Below, one piece after another: positions 1-8,720 of a DNA stretch of 64,000 nucleotides. Below the pieces are notes generated by a model that had not been told where the DNA came from, made no database searches, and worked only from the letters and a program-made list of their open reading frames with translations. This stretch comes from Candidatus Pyrohabitans sp. JdFR-17. Lineage in GTDB: Archaea > Hydrothermarchaeota > Hydrothermarchaeia > Hydrothermarchaeales > BMS3B. Each line of letters starts with the position of its first letter. Position 1 is the stretch's first letter. The DNA lies in the NCBI GenBank assembly GCA_002011115.2, contig MTME02000068.1:606-64605 (forward strand). Direction: 5' to 3'. Both the position numbers and the translations under genes were made by a program.

Positions 1-859
1 GTTCCAGGAAGGAGACGAAGTTTCCTGAGACAAAGTCTACAAAGCTGGCAGGGGTTATCTTCACGTCTATACTTGCGAGAGCGCTGAGCTTTTTTGCATG
101 CTCCTCTGAAAGGATACTTCCAACCTCCTTGATAATCTCCTTATCATCATTGTTGGGAAAGTCCGCATAGTCCACCTTCTTATCAGAGAGAATCTCCACA
201 AAGCGTATGGCATCTTCAATGGGGAACAGCAGCGTTGCACTACCACTTAGAGCGCCGTAGAGGCTTGCGTATGAGCCCACCATCGCTATGCCCTCGCCTC
301 CAACGAGATTTGGAAAGTTTTCTATCTCCTCAACTATGGGTCCCTCTATGCTTATGCTGGTGTCTATCCCTGTTATCTTCTTAATCGCCTCCACAAGTTC
401 TGCCACACTCTCATAGCAAGTCTTCCTCAAGGTATCTGTAACACTTTGCTTCACCACAACAGTTATCTCCTTCCCACTGACTCTGGCTTCCTCTTCCAGA
501 GTTTCAACCGCCTTCTTTACCGCCTCCAGAATCTCCTTATTTTCATATGGCTTCTGGATGAAGTCCCCTGCTCCATGCTTTAAGCTTGCAATGGCGCGCT
601 CGAGGCTCGCATAGGCAGTAATCATTATGACATAGATGCTCCTGTCCTGCTCCTTTATCTTTTTCAGAAGCTCTATTCCGTCCATGTCCGGCATCATTAT
701 GTCTGTAATCACAATATGGAATCCGTTGCCCTTAATCTTTTCAAGGGCTTCTTCAGCGGAACCGGCAACATCAACACGGTAACCATGTTTTTCAAGGAGT
801 TTTCTGAGGCTTAATCTTATGAGCTCCTCGTCGTCTACAATCAGAATCTTTGGTTCCAT
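1..859 (-). CDS. Response regulator: receiver domain fused to a CheC/CheX-like C-terminal domain (C-terminus runs off the window)
   Basis: Manual reverse translation from ATG (complement of 857-859): MEPKILIVDDEELIRLSLRKLLEKHGYRVDVAGSAEEALEKIKGNGFHIVITDIMMPDMDGIELLKKIK... with the receiver DD/D/K pattern. The frame stays open to position 1. It is absent from the ORF track because it is truncated. Confidence 0.75.
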   Translation of the reverse strand, partial: MEPKILIVDDEELIRLSLRKLLEKHGYRVDVAGSAEEALEKIKGNGFHIVITDIMMPDMDGIELLKKIKEQDRSIYVIMITAYASLERAIASLKHGAGDFIQKPYENKEILEAVKKAVETLEEEARVSGKEITVVVKQSVTDTLRKTCYESVAELVEAIKKITGIDTSISIEGPIVEEIENFPNLVGGEGIAMVGSYASLYGALSGSATLLFPIEDAIRFVEILSDKKVDYADFPNNDDKEIIKEVGSILSEEHAKKLSALASIDVKITPASFVDFVSGNFVSFLE

Positions 860-1006
860 CAACTTTGACCTCCACCCTAAAGTCCAGTGAGTTGTTAGAA
901 TGTGGATATATGCGTTAACCACATATATTAAGGTTAAGTTTCGAATACACTGCTTCAGGATTCCAAACTTTTCCACGGTAGCTTACTTTTTACCTCTGGT
1001 GCTCCT

Positions 1007-1435
1007 ATGTCAAGCGAATGGGTGCGTGTGCAGAGGGAGGATTTTTCCATCGCAGATGAGATAGCTCGCATTAAGGCGGTGTCAAAGCGAATTGGAGGCA
1101 TAGTTACCTTCCTGGGCACTGTGCGTGACTTCTCTAGGGGAAAAGATGTAACCAAGCTGGAGTTTGAGTACTACCCAGGGATGGCAGAGAAGAAGCTGGA
1201 AGAGATCCGCCAGCTTGCGAAGGAGAAGTTCGACGTTATAGAGGTAAGTGTGGTGCACCGCTATGGCGAGCTCGATATAGGCGAGAATATAGTGCTCGTT
1301 GTTGCTGCGGCAGAGCATCGAAGGCAAGCGTTTGAAGCCTGTCGCTACGTAATTGACGAGCTGAAAAAGCACGTGCCCATCTGGAAGAAGGAGCACACCA
1401 GCGAGGGCGAGGTTTGGATTGAAGAGCATCCATAA
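1007..1435 (+). CDS. moaE: Molybdopterin synthase catalytic subunit MoaE
   Basis: 142-aa ORF with MoaE-like motifs FLGTVRDF, VVHRYGELDIGE, AAAEHRRQAFEAC and VPIWKKE. Confidence 0.85.
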   Translation: MSSEWVRVQREDFSIADEIARIKAVSKRIGGIVTFLGTVRDFSRGKDVTKLEFEYYPGMAEKKLEEIRQLAKEKFDVIEVSVVHRYGELDIGENIVLVVAAAEHRRQAFEACRYVIDELKKHVPIWKKEHTSEGEVWIEEHP

Positions 1436-1491
1436 TGAGCGTCAAGTATAAATAACTGAAGGAGGAAAGAAGTTACTCTGGAGGTAGCAGT

Positions 1492-1704
1492 ATGGCAGAT
1501 ATAAGGGAGTTTAAGGCTGATGTTACAATAAAGATAGACTACGACAAGTGCAAGGGGCACGGTGAGTGTGTGGATGTGTGTCCTGCTGAGGTTTATGAAC
1601 TCGTAGATGGCAAGTCCACCGCTCCTCGCGTGGCTGACTGCATAGAGTGCTGCGCGTGCGTTGAGGCGTGCCCTGAGGGGGCAATAGAGCATAGCTCGTG
1701 CTGA
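1492..1704 (+). CDS. Small 2x[4Fe-4S]-type ferredoxin
   Basis: 70 aa with two Cys clusters, CKGHGECVDVCP and CIECCACVEACP. GGAGG-like RBS upstream. Confidence 0.8.
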   Translation: MADIREFKADVTIKIDYDKCKGHGECVDVCPAEVYELVDGKSTAPRVADCIECCACVEACPEGAIEHSSC

Positions 1705-1839
1705 GGTGAGAGCATAAGGCTTCTCGCCATAGAGAATGCAGAGGGGGAGCACCTAGGCTGTTTTGAAGAGCTTGCAGAAGCTCGCGACATAAGCGTTGAG
1801 TACCGCCGCCTCTGGAGGGGGGATGATCTAGAGAATGCC

Positions 1840-2391
1840 TTGGACTATGAACTCCTCGTGTTCCTTGGCGGACCGATGAGTGTTAACGACGAGGAGAAGT
1901 ACCCCTACCTGGTGGAGGAGAAGGCGCTTATAAGGCGCGCTCTGGCTGATAACAAGCCCCTGCTGGGCATTTGCCTTGGAGCGCAGCTCATGGCAAACGC
2001 CCTGGGAGCAAGGGTTTACCCTGGTGATGAGAAGGAGCTCGGATGGTACCCGATCACCCTGACCCAGGAAGGTAGGCGGGACGAGGTGTTTTCCGCCTTT
2101 CCTTCGCAGCACGAGGTGTTTCACTGGCACGGCGAAACCTTCGAACTTCCAAGTGGGGCGAAGCTGCTCGCTGGCTCGGAACTTTATTCACGTCAAGCAT
2201 TTCGCATCGGCAGGAGCTATGCGCTGCAGTACCACCTCGAGGTTACCGCTGAGATGGTGCGCGACTGGGTGAAGGAGGTACCCGAGAAGCGGGACGAAAT
2301 ACTCTTCAACTTGGAAGAGAGGGTGGCGAAGCTTAATAGCTGGGCGGAGGTGTTCTTCGACCGCTGGCTGAGCCTTGCAGGTTTTAAATAG
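1840..2391 (+). CDS. Class I glutamine amidotransferase (stand-alone GATase1). The listed start is probably not the true N-terminus.
   Basis: Nucleophile elbow LLGICLGAQLM, plus HWHGE and QYHLE. The family-like N-terminal strand (IRLLAIENAEGEHLG) lies upstream in the same frame, back to 1705, with no ATG/GTG/TTG. Confidence 0.7.
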   Translation: MDYELLVFLGGPMSVNDEEKYPYLVEEKALIRRALADNKPLLGICLGAQLMANALGARVYPGDEKELGWYPITLTQEGRRDEVFSAFPSQHEVFHWHGETFELPSGAKLLAGSELYSRQAFRIGRSYALQYHLEVTAEMVRDWVKEVPEKRDEILFNLEERVAKLNSWAEVFFDRWLSLAGFK

Positions 2392-2456
2392 ATATATTTA
2401 ACTCACCTGTAATTTTTCGCAAGCTTTATATCGTATTAAATTAAAACATTTAAGAC

Positions 2457-2990
2457 ATGCCGCCGATAATCTCCATGATAGGCAGGAAGAAGGCTGGTAA
2501 GACCACCATACTTGAGCGCCTGATTTCCGCACTTAAAACGCGTGGATACCGCGTGGGGACGGTGAAGCACCATATCCACTACGGCTTCAGCATAGACTCA
2601 CCGGGGAAAGACACGTGGAGACACTCTGCTGCGGGCGCAGATGTGGTGGCGATCTCCTCACCCGACCGCCTGGTACTCATGCGGACCACACCTAAAGAAC
2701 TGTTTTTAAAGGAGATTGTTGAGCGCTACATGGGCGATGTTGACGTGGTGCTCACCGAGGGCTACGCCAGGGCTGAGACACCAAAGATACTCGTGGCAAC
2801 CTGTGAAGACGACTTGAGGCTGTTTACCAGCGCTGCGGGCGGAGAGATAGTGGCGGTGGTGAGCGATGCGAAGCTAAAGGCGAGCTGTGATGTTTTCGGA
2901 TTCGACGATGTGGAGAAGCTGGCAAGCTTCATAGAGGAGAGGTTTCTGAGGCATGACCCGCGATACGGTGCTCACGGAGCGCCAGATTGA
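2457..2990 (+). CDS. mobB: Molybdopterin-guanine dinucleotide biosynthesis adapter MobB
   Basis: P-loop GRKKAGKTT followed by VGTVKHH, typical of MobB. Confidence 0.85.
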   Translation: MPPIISMIGRKKAGKTTILERLISALKTRGYRVGTVKHHIHYGFSIDSPGKDTWRHSAAGADVVAISSPDRLVLMRTTPKELFLKEIVERYMGDVDVVLTEGYARAETPKILVATCEDDLRLFTSAAGGEIVAVVSDAKLKASCDVFGFDDVEKLASFIEERFLRHDPRYGAHGAPD

Positions 2991-3360
2991 GGTGCTCAAG
3001 CTCAAGGCGCAGGGACTGAGCACAAGTGAGATTGCAAAACGCTTGGGCACCACCGTAGCCAACGTCTCAGCCACCGAGAAAAAGGCTAGGGAGAATATAA
3101 GGCGGGCTAAGAACACGCTTCGCCTTGTAAAGATGCTCGAGGCTCCGCTGAGCGTCGTTATTCCGCCTGAGACGGACCTCAACGACGCGGTTCGCGAAAT
3201 CTACAGACGCGCGGATGAGGCGGGTATATGGATATCCCACAGCTTCCCATCGCTGGCGGCGCTGATTCAACAGGGTGCTGGAGAGAAGATTCGTGGACGC
3301 AGGGTGCTTGAAGAGATAGAGGTGGCGATTACCCGCGAGGGTGAGGTCATGGTTATGTAG
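2953..3360 (+). CDS. tfx: Tfx-family DNA-binding protein
   Basis: N-terminal HTH LTERQIEVLKLKAQGLSTSEIAKRLGTTVANVSATEKKARENIRRA with a ~135-aa architecture, as in archaeal Tfx. Overlaps the mobB end. Confidence 0.7.
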   Translation: MTRDTVLTERQIEVLKLKAQGLSTSEIAKRLGTTVANVSATEKKARENIRRAKNTLRLVKMLEAPLSVVIPPETDLNDAVREIYRRADEAGIWISHSFPSLAALIQQGAGEKIRGRRVLEEIEVAITREGEVMVM

Positions 3361-4048
3361 ATACCACCTCAAAAAGCTCTGGAGCGCCAGCGGGTTCTGA
3401 GTTTTCAATTCTGCCGTTGCTCAGCACGCATATGCGGTCCGCAAGTATGGCGGCGTCTTCGTAATCGTGGGTAACGATTATCGCTGGTATGCTGAAGGTT
3501 TCTAGAATGTTTCTAACCTCCTCTCTAACCTCCTGCTTTGTGCGCTGATCAAGGGCTGAGAAGGGCTCATCCATAAGCAGGAGCTTAGGTTTCACCACCA
3601 GCGCTCTGGCAAGAGCAACGCGTTGCTTTTGCCCGCCCGAAAGCTCACTGGGCATGTGAAAGCGTAACTCTGCCAAGCCCAGAGTGTGCATTATGGCCTC
3701 CACCTCTTCGTTCACCTTCGCCTTGCTATAACCCCTCACCTTTAAACCAAAGGCGATGTTCTCGTACACATTGAGGTGAGGGAAAAGTGCCAGCTCCTGA
3801 AAAACAAAGCCAATGCTGCGCCTCTGGGGCGGGAGGTTTATTCCAAGTTCTGAGTGAAAAGCTAATGTGTTGCCTATGCGTACGTAGCCCTCGTCAGGGG
3901 TAACAAGACCGGCAATGACTTTGAGCGTTGTACTCTTTCCCGAGCCGTTTTCGCCGAGAAGAGCAAGAACTTCTCTGCCAAGCTTAAGCTGCACATTAAG
4001 TTCAAAACTGGGGAATCTCTTGATTATATACACCTCAAGCATCCGCAT
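3353..4048 (-). CDS. modC: Molybdate/tungstate ABC transporter ATPase (short form, no TOBE domain)
   Basis: Walker A GENGSGKST, signature LSGGQKQR, Walker B LLLMDEPFS. Last gene of the modABC string. Confidence 0.8.
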   Translation of the reverse strand: MRMLEVYIIKRFPSFELNVQLKLGREVLALLGENGSGKSTTLKVIAGLVTPDEGYVRIGNTLAFHSELGINLPPQRRSIGFVFQELALFPHLNVYENIAFGLKVRGYSKAKVNEEVEAIMHTLGLAELRFHMPSELSGGQKQRVALARALVVKPKLLLMDEPFSALDQRTKQEVREEVRNILETFSIPAIIVTHDYEDAAILADRICVLSNGRIENSEPAGAPELFEVVST

Positions 4049-4817
4049 ACCTCCTCTTTGGTATTATCTCAAACGTAAAAAGGATGATGAAGGAGATGAG
4101 GATGAGTAAAGCCGCAAGCACAAGAGCCTTGTCCATGCTAACCTGCAGCGCTGAATACACAGCCAGAGGCATGGTCTGCGTCCTGCCCACGAAGTTGCCC
4201 GCGAACATTATGGTGGCGCCAAACTCACCCATGGCGCGCGCCCAGCTCATTATAACACCTGCCAGAACAGCGCTTTTCGCAAGGGGCAGAGAGACCCTGA
4301 GAAAGGTGGTGAACTCACTCGCGCCCAAGGTGTATGACGCTCCCTCAAAAGTTCTACTAACGCTGGCGAAGCCCGCTCTTGCGGAGCGCACATAGAGGGG
4401 TAAGGCAACAAAGGTTTGAGCAATTACAACGGCGGTGGTGGTGAAGGGCAAAGCTATGCCTATGCTGGCGAGATACCTGCCCAAGATACCCTCTCTGCCA
4501 AAGGCAGCAAGCAGCGCAATGCCTGCTACGGCTGGCGGTAGAACCATGGGCAGGTTCAGTGCCACTTCCAGAAAGCGGCGCAGCGCGGAGTCGCTCCTTG
4601 CTAGGTGGTAAGCCACGGGTGTGCCGATAATCACGATGAGCAGCGTTGAAAGCGTCGCCGTGAGGAGGCTGAGTTTTACTGCAGCGACAACCTCATAGCT
4701 GAGCAATACCTCTGGCGAAGCACCGCCAGCGCTTATGAGCACCGAAGCTACTGGAAGAAGAATGAACCCAGCTACAGCGATACCTGCCAGGGTGCGTATG
4801 AGCGCGAAGGCGTTCAT
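4035..4817 (-). CDS. modB: Molybdate ABC transporter permease
   Basis: 260-aa polytopic protein between modA and modC, with overlapping stop/start codons. Confidence 0.8.
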   Translation of the reverse strand: MNAFALIRTLAGIAVAGFILLPVASVLISAGGASPEVLLSYEVVAAVKLSLLTATLSTLLIVIIGTPVAYHLARSDSALRRFLEVALNLPMVLPPAVAGIALLAAFGREGILGRYLASIGIALPFTTTAVVIAQTFVALPLYVRSARAGFASVSRTFEGASYTLGASEFTTFLRVSLPLAKSAVLAGVIMSWARAMGEFGATIMFAGNFVGRTQTMPLAVYSALQVSMDKALVLAALLILISFIILFTFEIIPKRRYADA

Positions 4818-5569
4818 TGCCCCACCTCGAAGCCGTGCTTTCTCAAAATCTCTTTACCTCGAGGGGAGAATAGAAAGTTAATAAACTCCCGGGCAGCCTC
4901 CTCATTTTTGGAGTGAGAGAGCACGCCAACGTAGTAGCTCGGCTCGACGCCTGCTTCAGAAGGGAGTTCTATTACCTCAACCTTCCCTCTGGCTGCCAAC
5001 GCGTCTGTGGCGTAGACGAAGCCGGCGTCTGCCTCACCCATGGCTACCTTGGATAGCACGCCTTTGACGCTGTCCTCCAGAGACACAACGCGGGAGAGTA
5101 CCTCTTCAGCGAAGCCTTCACCGTAAAGCGCTTCTAAATTATAGAGTGCTTCTCTAGCATACCTGCCCGCGGGTACAGCTTCGTTGGCAATGACTAACTT
5201 TACATCGCCCCGAAGGTCTTCTACACTTTCAATGCCTGCAGGATTACTCTCTGGCACAACTATCACAAGCCTGTTTTTTGCAAAGGCGATGCTCTCATCG
5301 ACATAGCCCTGGCGTAGCAACGCTTGGATGTGCTCTTCGTTGGCAGAGGCGAAGACATCTGCATAGGCGCCCTGCTCTATCTGGACGCGGAGCGTGTTTG
5401 AGCCCGCGAAGTTGAGCTCCACTTTAATGCCATACTGTGCTTCAAACTCCTGGGCAAGCTCCTGAAAGGCTTCAGTCAAGCTTGCGGCGGCGAAGATTGT
5501 GATACCATCTCCGCCAGAGGTACAGCCCGCTGTGAGGGCTGCGAGGAGGAGCACACTAAGAAAGCGCAT
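4814..5569 (-). CDS. modA: Molybdate-binding lipoprotein ModA
   Basis: Signal peptide with lipobox LTAGC. FAGSNTLRVQIEQGAYADVFASAN matches the ModA-type binding-protein pattern. Confidence 0.8.
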   Translation of the reverse strand: MRFLSVLLLAALTAGCTSGGDGITIFAAASLTEAFQELAQEFEAQYGIKVELNFAGSNTLRVQIEQGAYADVFASANEEHIQALLRQGYVDESIAFAKNRLVIVVPESNPAGIESVEDLRGDVKLVIANEAVPAGRYAREALYNLEALYGEGFAEEVLSRVVSLEDSVKGVLSKVAMGEADAGFVYATDALAARGKVEVIELPSEAGVEPSYYVGVLSHSKNEEAAREFINFLFSPRGKEILRKHGFEVGQ

Positions 5570-6152
5570 GCTTAGCTATGCGGTAATAGCCAACGCCTGC
5601 GCAGCTTCTGCACACTCGCGTGCCGTTTTCGCCAACACTCAACGACTCGGGCACCAGCTCACCGCACCGGGAGCAGCGCACTATGGGGGAGTTCTCAAAT
5701 AGGCTGGTAAGCTCAATCTTCACAGGCATAATTTCCAGATACTCCTCGCTGAGCTTTAGCAGCGCACGGGCGAGCTCCTTCTCCTCTTCCCTTGTGAGCC
5801 TTCCTTCGCGGAGCATCCACTTTTTCATGAGTGCTGAGTGCTTCCACGCGTCGCGGCGCAGAGCCACGCGGTAGCCCTCCATAGTGTCCACCCTGCCTAC
5901 AGTGAGGGCAAGCTTACCGTAGTTTTCGATAAAGGCATTGCCATGTCCCAACGTCGCACCCGTCGCCGCCTGCATCCCATCGGCGAGGCATCGCGCAGTT
6001 TCGCTTATGGCGATAAGCTTCTTGCTCCCTCGCTTAGTGTTGAGCTTCTGAAGAGCTAGGCTAGCCATTCGCACGCCCAGCGCTATTCCCGGAGCGAGGT
6101 GACCGTGCAGCTTCTCAGCCAGCTCAACAATTTCCTCCTCTGTCAGTTCCAT
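5556..6152 (-). CDS. FmdE/FwdE-family protein with C-terminal zinc ribbon
   Basis: HGHLAPGIALGVRM motif plus CSRCGE...CRSC ribbon. Embedded between moeA and modA. Confidence 0.7.
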   Translation of the reverse strand: MELTEEEIVELAEKLHGHLAPGIALGVRMASLALQKLNTKRGSKKLIAISETARCLADGMQAATGATLGHGNAFIENYGKLALTVGRVDTMEGYRVALRRDAWKHSALMKKWMLREGRLTREEEKELARALLKLSEEYLEIMPVKIELTSLFENSPIVRCSRCGELVPESLSVGENGTRVCRSCAGVGYYRIAKHALS

Positions 6153-6161
6153 AACACCACC

Positions 6162-7385
6162 TCATTTAAAGAGATGAACCTTAATCTCCTCTCCTCGCCT
6201 TGTGTCCCTCTCTATGATTGCATAGCCATCTACGAGAGCGCTCCGCAGGTTTGAGGCTATTGCGGAGACATTGTACTTCTCGCCGCTCTTCATCAGGGGC
6301 ATCTCACTGCCCTCGAAGCCAATCGGCTTGGCATAGCCGTTCTCCAGGTGTACAAACACTAGGTTAGCGATGTCTGCGGCGTCGGTGTCCTTGGTTGAGA
6401 GCAGTATATCTTCAGTTATTCTCGCGTAGATGAAGGGCTCCTCGACACTGCCCAGGAAGTATCTGCGCAGGTGAAGCTGCGCCGCAACCAGCGCACCCGT
6501 GGGCTTGCCAGGCAGCGCGAAAATAGGTGTGTTCTCTATGATGCCCACCGCTATGGGCTTACCTGGTCTGGTCTTGACCTTATACAGCACCACCTCGCCC
6601 AGCTCCTCTATAGCGCGCAACACGTAGTCGCGTTTGCCCACGCTTACACCGCCGCTGGTGACAACGCAGTCGTAGCGCTTTGCAGCGCTGGCAAGCGCTT
6701 GCTTTGTGGCTTCGTAGTCATCCTCAATTACACCGAGATAGCTCGTCTCGCATCCCCACTGCTCCAGCAGAGCCATTACCACGAAGGAGTTTACATCGCG
6801 GAGCAAGCCTCTGGCAATTTCATTACCCGTTGCGAACACAGCTACTCGAGGCTTGCAGTACACTTCCACTTCCTCAATGCCCAGGCCTTTTAGAATTCCA
6901 AACTCCTGTGCTCTTATCCTTGTTTTCGCCCTTAGGATAATCTCCCCCCTGCGGTAGTTGCTTCCCTGAGGTACCACCTTGGTCCCCTTCTCAATAGGTA
7001 TACCGTACAGCAATTCGCCCTCAAGGCGGGCATCCTCTAAGCGGAGTACGCAATCGGCTCCAGGGGGCAGGAATGCTCCCGTTGCGATGTACATCGCCTC
7101 GCCTTTGCGAAGCTCAGGTAGAGACTCATAAGCATCGCCAGCATATATGCTCCCTACCACACGCAGAGGATAACGTTCAGCGTCTTCGCTACGCATTGCG
7201 TAGCCATCGTAGCTGGCTATGTCGTGGGGTGGTGAGTCCTCTGTGGCAAGCACATCCTCAGCCAGCTCCCGTCCGAGCAGCGAGAGCTCCACCCTCACAA
7301 CTTCCGTCTCGCGATTGAAGTAAGACCTCTCTCTCAGCGTGTCGATAATCTCTCGCGCTCTGCTCAGGGGCACAAGTTTTTCCAT
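6162..7385 (-). CDS. moeA: Molybdopterin molybdenumtransferase MoeA
   Basis: 407 aa with MoeA-like segments VAVFATGNEI, VTSGGVSVGKRDY and KTRPGKP. Confidence 0.85.
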   Translation of the reverse strand: MEKLVPLSRAREIIDTLRERSYFNRETEVVRVELSLLGRELAEDVLATEDSPPHDIASYDGYAMRSEDAERYPLRVVGSIYAGDAYESLPELRKGEAMYIATGAFLPPGADCVLRLEDARLEGELLYGIPIEKGTKVVPQGSNYRRGEIILRAKTRIRAQEFGILKGLGIEEVEVYCKPRVAVFATGNEIARGLLRDVNSFVVMALLEQWGCETSYLGVIEDDYEATKQALASAAKRYDCVVTSGGVSVGKRDYVLRAIEELGEVVLYKVKTRPGKPIAVGIIENTPIFALPGKPTGALVAAQLHLRRYFLGSVEEPFIYARITEDILLSTKDTDAADIANLVFVHLENGYAKPIGFEGSEMPLMKSGEKYNVSAIASNLRSALVDGYAIIERDTRRGEEIKVHLFK

Positions 7386-7502
7386 CCCAGCGCCACCTGC
7401 TAAATACTTTTATTTAAATCTAACAGACAATTAAATACTTCTAGTATTAAAAAATTCCGTATAATTAAAATTTAAAACACCCTCGACCCAATTAAAAAAA
7501 GT

Positions 7503-8153
7503 TTATAATTTTTCCCTCTCCAATCTCAACAGCAATTTTTCCACTATTGCCACACCTTCGCCGGTTAGGGAATACTGTCCTGCCTTATTTTTACTCACTA
7601 TCCCTGCGTCGATTAAAACACGAAGGTGAAAGCTCAGCTTTGAGGGGTCATCCATCTCTGTGCTCCTGGCAACCTCAGAAAACCTCCTCGCACCTGCATG
7701 AAGGAGATAGAGAGCTATCTTCTTGCGTATCGGGTTTGAAAGCGCCTTTATTACAGAATCGCTCAGCTTCGCCTCAACTTTGCGTTCAAGCCTCGCCTCT
7801 TCTAAGGTTTTCTTGACTATGCTCACCAGCTCGTCCACATTAAAAGGCTTTACAAGAAAGTCACTCGCTCCGAGCTTCATCGCTTCTACAACATCTGCAA
7901 TGGATGGAAAGGCGCTGATTATTATCACCCTGGTCTCAGGCGAAATCCTCTTTATCTCATCCAGCGCCTCCAAGCCCCGCATGTCCGGTAGCACCAGGTC
8001 AAGGAGCACAAGCTCTGGCTGAGTCTCCGTTAGCTTGCTTATGCCCTCGGTGGCGCTCTCTGCAGTGACCACTCCAAAACCATACCTGCGCAGTGCCTTT
8101 TCCAGCACGCTGGTAGTGTGCCTATCATCATCCACAATAAGTATGGTGCTCAT
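7503..8153 (-). CDS. Response regulator with C-terminal ArsR-like winged helix
   Basis: Receiver motifs (VDDD, LLDLVLPDMRG, LVKPF) plus LSNPIRKKIALYLL...LSFHLRVLIDAGIV. Paralog of 11145..11798. Confidence 0.85.
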   Translation of the reverse strand: MSTILIVDDDRHTTSVLEKALRRYGFGVVTAESATEGISKLTETQPELVLLDLVLPDMRGLEALDEIKRISPETRVIIISAFPSIADVVEAMKLGASDFLVKPFNVDELVSIVKKTLEEARLERKVEAKLSDSVIKALSNPIRKKIALYLLHAGARRFSEVARSTEMDDPSKLSFHLRVLIDAGIVSKNKAGQYSLTGEGVAIVEKLLLRLEREKL

Positions 8154-8422
8154 TTTCCCCTTTCGGTCTTCTCTTTAATTTCATCCAGAATCTGGGCAAT
8201 TGACTTATTCTCTGTTGATATACCCAGATTTTCCGCTATTTCCGTAAACTCCTTTTTATATAGACTTAATTCCCCTGCCAGATCCTTATCCAGTTCTTCC
8301 GCTGCTCTTCGATACTCTGCCACTGCTCTGCCCAAGCTTCTTGCCAAGTCTGGCAGCTTTTCAGGTCCAAAGAAGAGGAGGGCGAGAAGAGCTATAACCC
8401 CGAACTCTCCAGAGCCAATCAT
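8150..8422 (-). CDS. tatA: Twin-arginine translocase subunit TatA/E
   Basis: N-terminal TM followed by [22 protein letters not shown]. Confidence 0.85.
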   Translation of the reverse strand: MIGSGEFGVIALLALLFFGPEKLPDLARSLGRAVAEYRRAAEELDKDLAGELSLYKKEFTEIAENLGISTENKSIAQILDEIKEKTERGK

Positions 8423-8568
8423 TTCCTGCTACCCTCGTCCTCCATACCACGTTTAAACTCCACCTTGGCTCTACCAAGCGAGCGCGCCAGCTCCGGCAGC
8501 TTATTTGCGCCGAAAAGCAACACAATTAAAGCAAACACTACCAGAAGTTCTGTGTTCCCTACCAGCAT
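8419..8568 (-). CDS. tatA: Second, short TatA/E paralog (49 aa, below the ORF-track cutoff)
   Basis: Manual translation: [53 protein letters not shown] stop/start overlap with the next tatA. Confidence 0.75.
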   Translation of the reverse strand: MLVGNTELLVVFALIVLLFGANKLPELARSLGRAKVEFKRGMEDEGSRK

Positions 8569-8720
8569 ACCATCACCCGGTATCTACTTTTGAACCACCT
8601 GACCTTAAAACTTTATTTTAAAAGAAATTTTATATAAAGAAGATTTTATATTATAACTATTAATACTAAGTAAAATTTTTACTGGATGTTAGCAAAGCCT
8701 ATAACATTACAAAAGAAAAA

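Noticed and set aside
1702-1704. TGA between ferredoxin and GATase as a selenocysteine codon
   Set aside because: No Sec-typical context is present: it is not replacing a catalytic Cys in a known selenoprotein family. I could not identify a SECIS-like hairpin. I kept only the weaker read-through or alternative-start question as a finding.
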